From: an uncultured Chloroflexota bacterium
GTDB taxonomy: Bacteria > Chloroflexota > Dehalococcoidia > Lucifugimonadales > GCA-002694895
DNA: 42,136 nt
Direction of reading: 5' to 3'
Assembly: GCA_950054395.1 (NCBI GenBank)
Contig: CATLOZ010000002.1
Coordinates: 1 to 42,136 of the forward strand
This document shows, piece by piece, positions 39,141-42,136 of the stretch. Position 1 is the stretch's first letter. Each line of letters begins with the position of its first letter. The notes under the pieces were generated by a model. It made no database searches. It was not told where the DNA came from and was given only the letters and a program-made list of their open reading frames with translations. The position numbers and the translations under genes are program-made.

Positions 39141-40439
39141 TTATTCCTTTATTAATTTTGATTGTTTGAATTTATAATCAATATTTTTTAAAAAATAATT
39201 TATATCAAAAACTTTTTGAATTTCTTGATTATTTAGAATTGAAGTCACATCTTTATTTATAGATATAAGTTCTTTTAATTCAATTCCTTCATTCCAGGCT
39301 TTGTTTGAGCTTTCTTGAACTATTCTATAAGCTTTTTCTCGTATCATTCCTGCCGCTATAAGAGTTAGCATTAATCTTTGAGAGTAAATCAGACCTTTCG
39401 ATAGATTTATATTATCTAACATTTTATTTTTATTTATTATGAGTCCTTCCATTATTTCAGTAAATTTGTAGAGCATATAATTAATTATAAAGCATGAATC
39501 AGGTAGTATTATTCTTTCTGCTGACGAATGACTTATATCTCTTTCTCCCCATAAAGATATATTTTCTAATGCTATAATATTGTTTCCTCTTAGAACCCTT
39601 GATAATCCGCATATTCTTTCACTTACATCGGGGTTTTTTTTATGCGGCATTGAAGATGATCCTGTTTGTAATTCTCCGAAGGGTTCCTGGAGTTCATCGA
39701 TTTCAGTTCTTTGCAAGGATCTGATTTCAGTTGCAAATTTTTCCAAAGATCCCCCACAAATAGCTAATGTTGAAATAAAATCAGCATATCTGTCTCTTTG
39801 AATAATTTGATTAGAAACCGGAGCTACTTGTAGTTTGAGTTTTTCACAAGTAAGTTTTTCTACTTCAGGGCTTACAGTGGCATTTGTTCCTACTGGGCCA
39901 GATATTTTTCCTACATTTATTTGTTTTATAGAATGCTTTAATCTTAGTTCAGATCTACTCATTTCTTCTGCCCATAATAATAATTTTAAGCCAAGAGTAA
40001 TTGGTTCAGCATGTATGCCATGTGTTCTTCCCATCATTACTGTATTTTTATTTTCTAAAGCTAATTGGCTTAACAAGTTTTTTAATTTTGTAATTTGGGC
40101 TAATATTATCTTAGATGCTTGTAAGATTTGTAAGCTTGTTGAAGTATCCCAAATATCGCTAGTAGTTAATCCGTAATGGATCCATCTGCCTTCATCTCCC
40201 AAATTTTCAGTTATAGATTGAAGAAATGCAGTCATATCATGTTTTGTATCAGCTAATATTTCATTCAAACGTTTATAATTATAAGTTGATTTTTCAATCA
40301 ATTTATAATCTTTTTGAGGAATTATACCTGTTTGGGTTAATGCCCAACAAACAGCTTTTTCAACTCTTAACCAATTATCATATTTGTTTGTTTCTGACCA
40401 AACTTTTTCCATTTCTGGCAGTGTATATCTAGGGATCAT
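39141..40439 (-). CDS. purB: Adenylosuccinate lyase
   Basis: It carries the fumarate-lyase signature GSSSMPHKKNP, GRTHGIHAEP, and the N-terminal RYTLPEM. Confidence 0.95.
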   Translation of the reverse strand: MIPRYTLPEMEKVWSETNKYDNWLRVEKAVCWALTQTGIIPQKDYKLIEKSTYNYKRLNEILADTKHDMTAFLQSITENLGDEGRWIHYGLTTSDIWDTSTSLQILQASKIILAQITKLKNLLSQLALENKNTVMMGRTHGIHAEPITLGLKLLLWAEEMSRSELRLKHSIKQINVGKISGPVGTNATVSPEVEKLTCEKLKLQVAPVSNQIIQRDRYADFISTLAICGGSLEKFATEIRSLQRTEIDELQEPFGELQTGSSSMPHKKNPDVSERICGLSRVLRGNNIIALENISLWGERDISHSSAERIILPDSCFIINYMLYKFTEIMEGLIINKNKMLDNINLSKGLIYSQRLMLTLIAAGMIREKAYRIVQESSNKAWNEGIELKELISINKDVTSILNNQEIQKVFDINYFLKNIDYKFKQSKLIKE

Positions 40440-40440
40440 A

Positions 40441-40899
40441 TTATTTTTGCTTCAATTTATTTTTGTATTTTGTAATGTTTTCATTAATTTTAGGATCTGA
40501 TATAGCTAAAATAGATGCAGCATATATGGCAGAATTTTTTGCACCCCAACTATCTAAAGCGACACATCCCACGGGTATTCCATGGGGCATTTGAACTATG
40601 GACATAAGAGCATCTATCCCTCTTAATGAACTTGATCCGATAGGGACTCCTATTACGGGCAAATTAGTCATAGCAGCTACTACTCCGGGTAGGGCTGCTG
40701 CTCCTCCGGCTGCTGTAATAAAAACTTTTATATTTTCTTTTGATGCGTTTGATACATATTCTCTTAGTTTATCAAGATCTCTATGAGCGGATATAACATT
40801 AAAATCGTAGGGTACTTCTAATTCATCTAATATTTCTTTAGTTTTTTCCATAATACTAGAATCTGATTTGCTTCCGATAATTATTGATACTTTTCTCAT
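40441..40899 (-). CDS. purE: N5-carboxyaminoimidazole ribonucleotide mutase
   Basis: Matches are VSIIIGSKSD, SAHRDLDKL, AAGGAAALPGVVAA and VIGVP. Confidence 0.95.
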   Translation of the reverse strand: MRKVSIIIGSKSDSSIMEKTKEILDELEVPYDFNVISAHRDLDKLREYVSNASKENIKVFITAAGGAAALPGVVAAMTNLPVIGVPIGSSSLRGIDALMSIVQMPHGIPVGCVALDSWGAKNSAIYAASILAISDPKINENITKYKNKLKQK

Positions 40900-41840
40900 T
40901 TTTTCTCCTCATAATTTAATGCTATATCTGTTCGCATAAATTTATTTTTATATTTTACAGTATTTGTTACCTGATATGCTATTTTTCTGGCTTCATTTAT
41001 ATTTTTTCCAATTCCAACAGCCGTTAATACTCTGCCACCAGATGTTATTAATTGCTCATTTTCAAATTTTGTACCGGCGTGATATAGATACGAATTATCA
41101 ATTTTATTAAAATTTTCGTCTATATTAATTTTTTTACCTGTTTCATATTTACCAGGATATCCATCTGAGACTAATACAACTCCAACTGCGCTAATTTTTT
41201 GTTTAGGTATGTTTATTATAGGTTTTGATTTTATACATGACTGAATTAATGTTAACAAATTATAATCAAGTGTAGGTAAAACGACCTGAGTTTCCGGGTC
41301 TCCGAGTCGACAATTGAATTCAATAACAAATATTCCTTTTTGAGTCTCAATGAGTCCGCAATATAAAACTCCTTTAAAAGTATGTTGTTTTTCGTTAAGT
41401 CCTCTTAGAGTTGGATTAATTATATTGTTTACTATATATTCTTCATTTGATTTATTTAATTGAGGTGCGGGAGAAAAACTTCCCATACCTCCTGTATTAG
41501 GCCCTTCATCGTTATCAAATGCTTTTTTATAATCACAAGCAGATAACATGTGAAGAATTTTTTCGCCGTCAGTAAATACAAATACACTAAATTCTTTGCC
41601 ATTTAAAAATTCTTCAATTATAATTTTTTCACCTGATTGCCCAAATATCTTTTTGTTCATAATATTTTCTATAGCATTTTCCGCTTCTTTAAAATTATTT
41701 ACTATTAATACCCCTTTTCCGCCTGCAAGGCCATCAGCTTTTATTACAGTTGGGAATTTTGAAGATTTTAAATATTTGATAGCATTTTTCGAATTGCTGA
41801 AAACACTGAAATTCGCAGTAGGAATTTTATATTTTTTCAT
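40896..41840 (-). CDS. purD: Phosphoribosylamine--glycine ligase, ATP-grasp and C-terminal domains only. The first ATG is at 41840, and the frame stays open upstream to 41933.
   Basis: Matches are KADGLAGGKGV, PNTGGMGSFSP, VIEFNCRLGDPETQ and GGRVLTAVG. The upstream in-frame codons read NIFGPTKKASKIESSKTFAKNL, the normal N/A-domain junction, but without a start codon. Confidence 0.85.
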   Translation of the reverse strand: MKKYKIPTANFSVFSNSKNAIKYLKSSKFPTVIKADGLAGGKGVLIVNNFKEAENAIENIMNKKIFGQSGEKIIIEEFLNGKEFSVFVFTDGEKILHMLSACDYKKAFDNDEGPNTGGMGSFSPAPQLNKSNEEYIVNNIINPTLRGLNEKQHTFKGVLYCGLIETQKGIFVIEFNCRLGDPETQVVLPTLDYNLLTLIQSCIKSKPIINIPKQKISAVGVVLVSDGYPGKYETGKKINIDENFNKIDNSYLYHAGTKFENEQLITSGGRVLTAVGIGKNINEARKIAYQVTNTVKYKNKFMRTDIALNYEEKK

Positions 41841-41905
41841 TAAGTTTTTTGCAAAAGTTTTACTACTTTCAATTTTAGATGCTTTTTTAGTGGGTCCAAA
41901 AATAT

Positions 41906-42136
41906 TTAAATTATTTTTATGAAAATTTTTCTTTTAGTAATATAATTTTCAGACTTATTTGAATTTATTAATTTAATATATTTTTTTTCATTAAATAGAG
42001 AATCATAATTTTTATATATATTTTTATAGTTTTCAATCTGCTCTGCTTTTGAAGTTTTATCTAGATTTGGATTTTTACGGATTATTTTCAGATCATCATC
42101 AAGCATCTTTTCAATCGCCTTTTTATATAATTTCCA
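41906..42136 (-). pseudogene. Out-of-frame ORF running off the window edge. It may be a degenerate or frameshifted N-terminal (GARS_N) part of purD.
   Basis: WKLYKK...EKKYIKLINSNKSENYI aligns loosely with PurD ALAWKL...EKIDLxxVGPEAPLV. A 1-nt slip within 41909-41933 (an A5/T4/A5-rich tract) would join it to the purD frame (..NFHKNNLNIFGP). Confidence 0.3.

Overview
This is a very AT-rich window (roughly 30% GC by eye, not computed) and is almost entirely coding. Spacers are tiny and many start/stop codons overlap: 7675-7678, 8144-8151, 10608-10615, 14415-14418, 16863-16866, 19074-19081, 23043-23046, 30788-30795, 32787 and 40896-40899. That layout fits a streamlined bacterial genome using the standard code; TGA is a real stop, for example in nuoJ. 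The content is core housekeeping. It includes rplL preceded by a repeat-tailed gene end, an M20 peptidase and a PanE-like reductase. A divergent Ni-superoxide dismutase pair (sodN/sodX) follows, then gatB, a yvcK-like gene and secG. On the minus strand are an ispD-ispF-cysS operon, tatD, and a SUF operon (sufB-C-D-U-S plus a second divergent sufU-like gene). Next come a nucleoside hydrolase and a polyprenyl synthase. The largest block is an 11-gene nuo operon (A,B,C,D,H,I,J,K,L,M,N with no nuoEFG) carrying an extra small ORF between nuoK and nuoL, followed by nadK and a plastocyanin-like lipoprotein. After that is a minus-strand cluster of MFS transporter, PGI, a membrane-anchored resolvase-like nuclease and an IMPase. 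The window ends with an orphan PLC-like ORF, hisC, and a minus-strand purine operon (purD-E-B-C-DUF3105-purS-ACC-deaminase-like). I found no rRNA, tRNA, CRISPR array, transposase, integrase or recognisable defence cassette. The gene set (Ni-SOD+SodX, Nuo without EFG, SufU-type SUF, DUF3105, long-form PurC) suggests a marine Chloroflexota- or Actinomycetota-like lineage, but that is inference only. I see no convincing large novel system. The items most worth a second look are the soluble DUF2007-like ORF coupled into the EFG-less nuo operon, a perfect 15-bp inverted repeat at the suf promoter, the duplicated SufU, the split and degenerate 5' end of purD, and nuclease/DUF genes embedded in metabolic operons.
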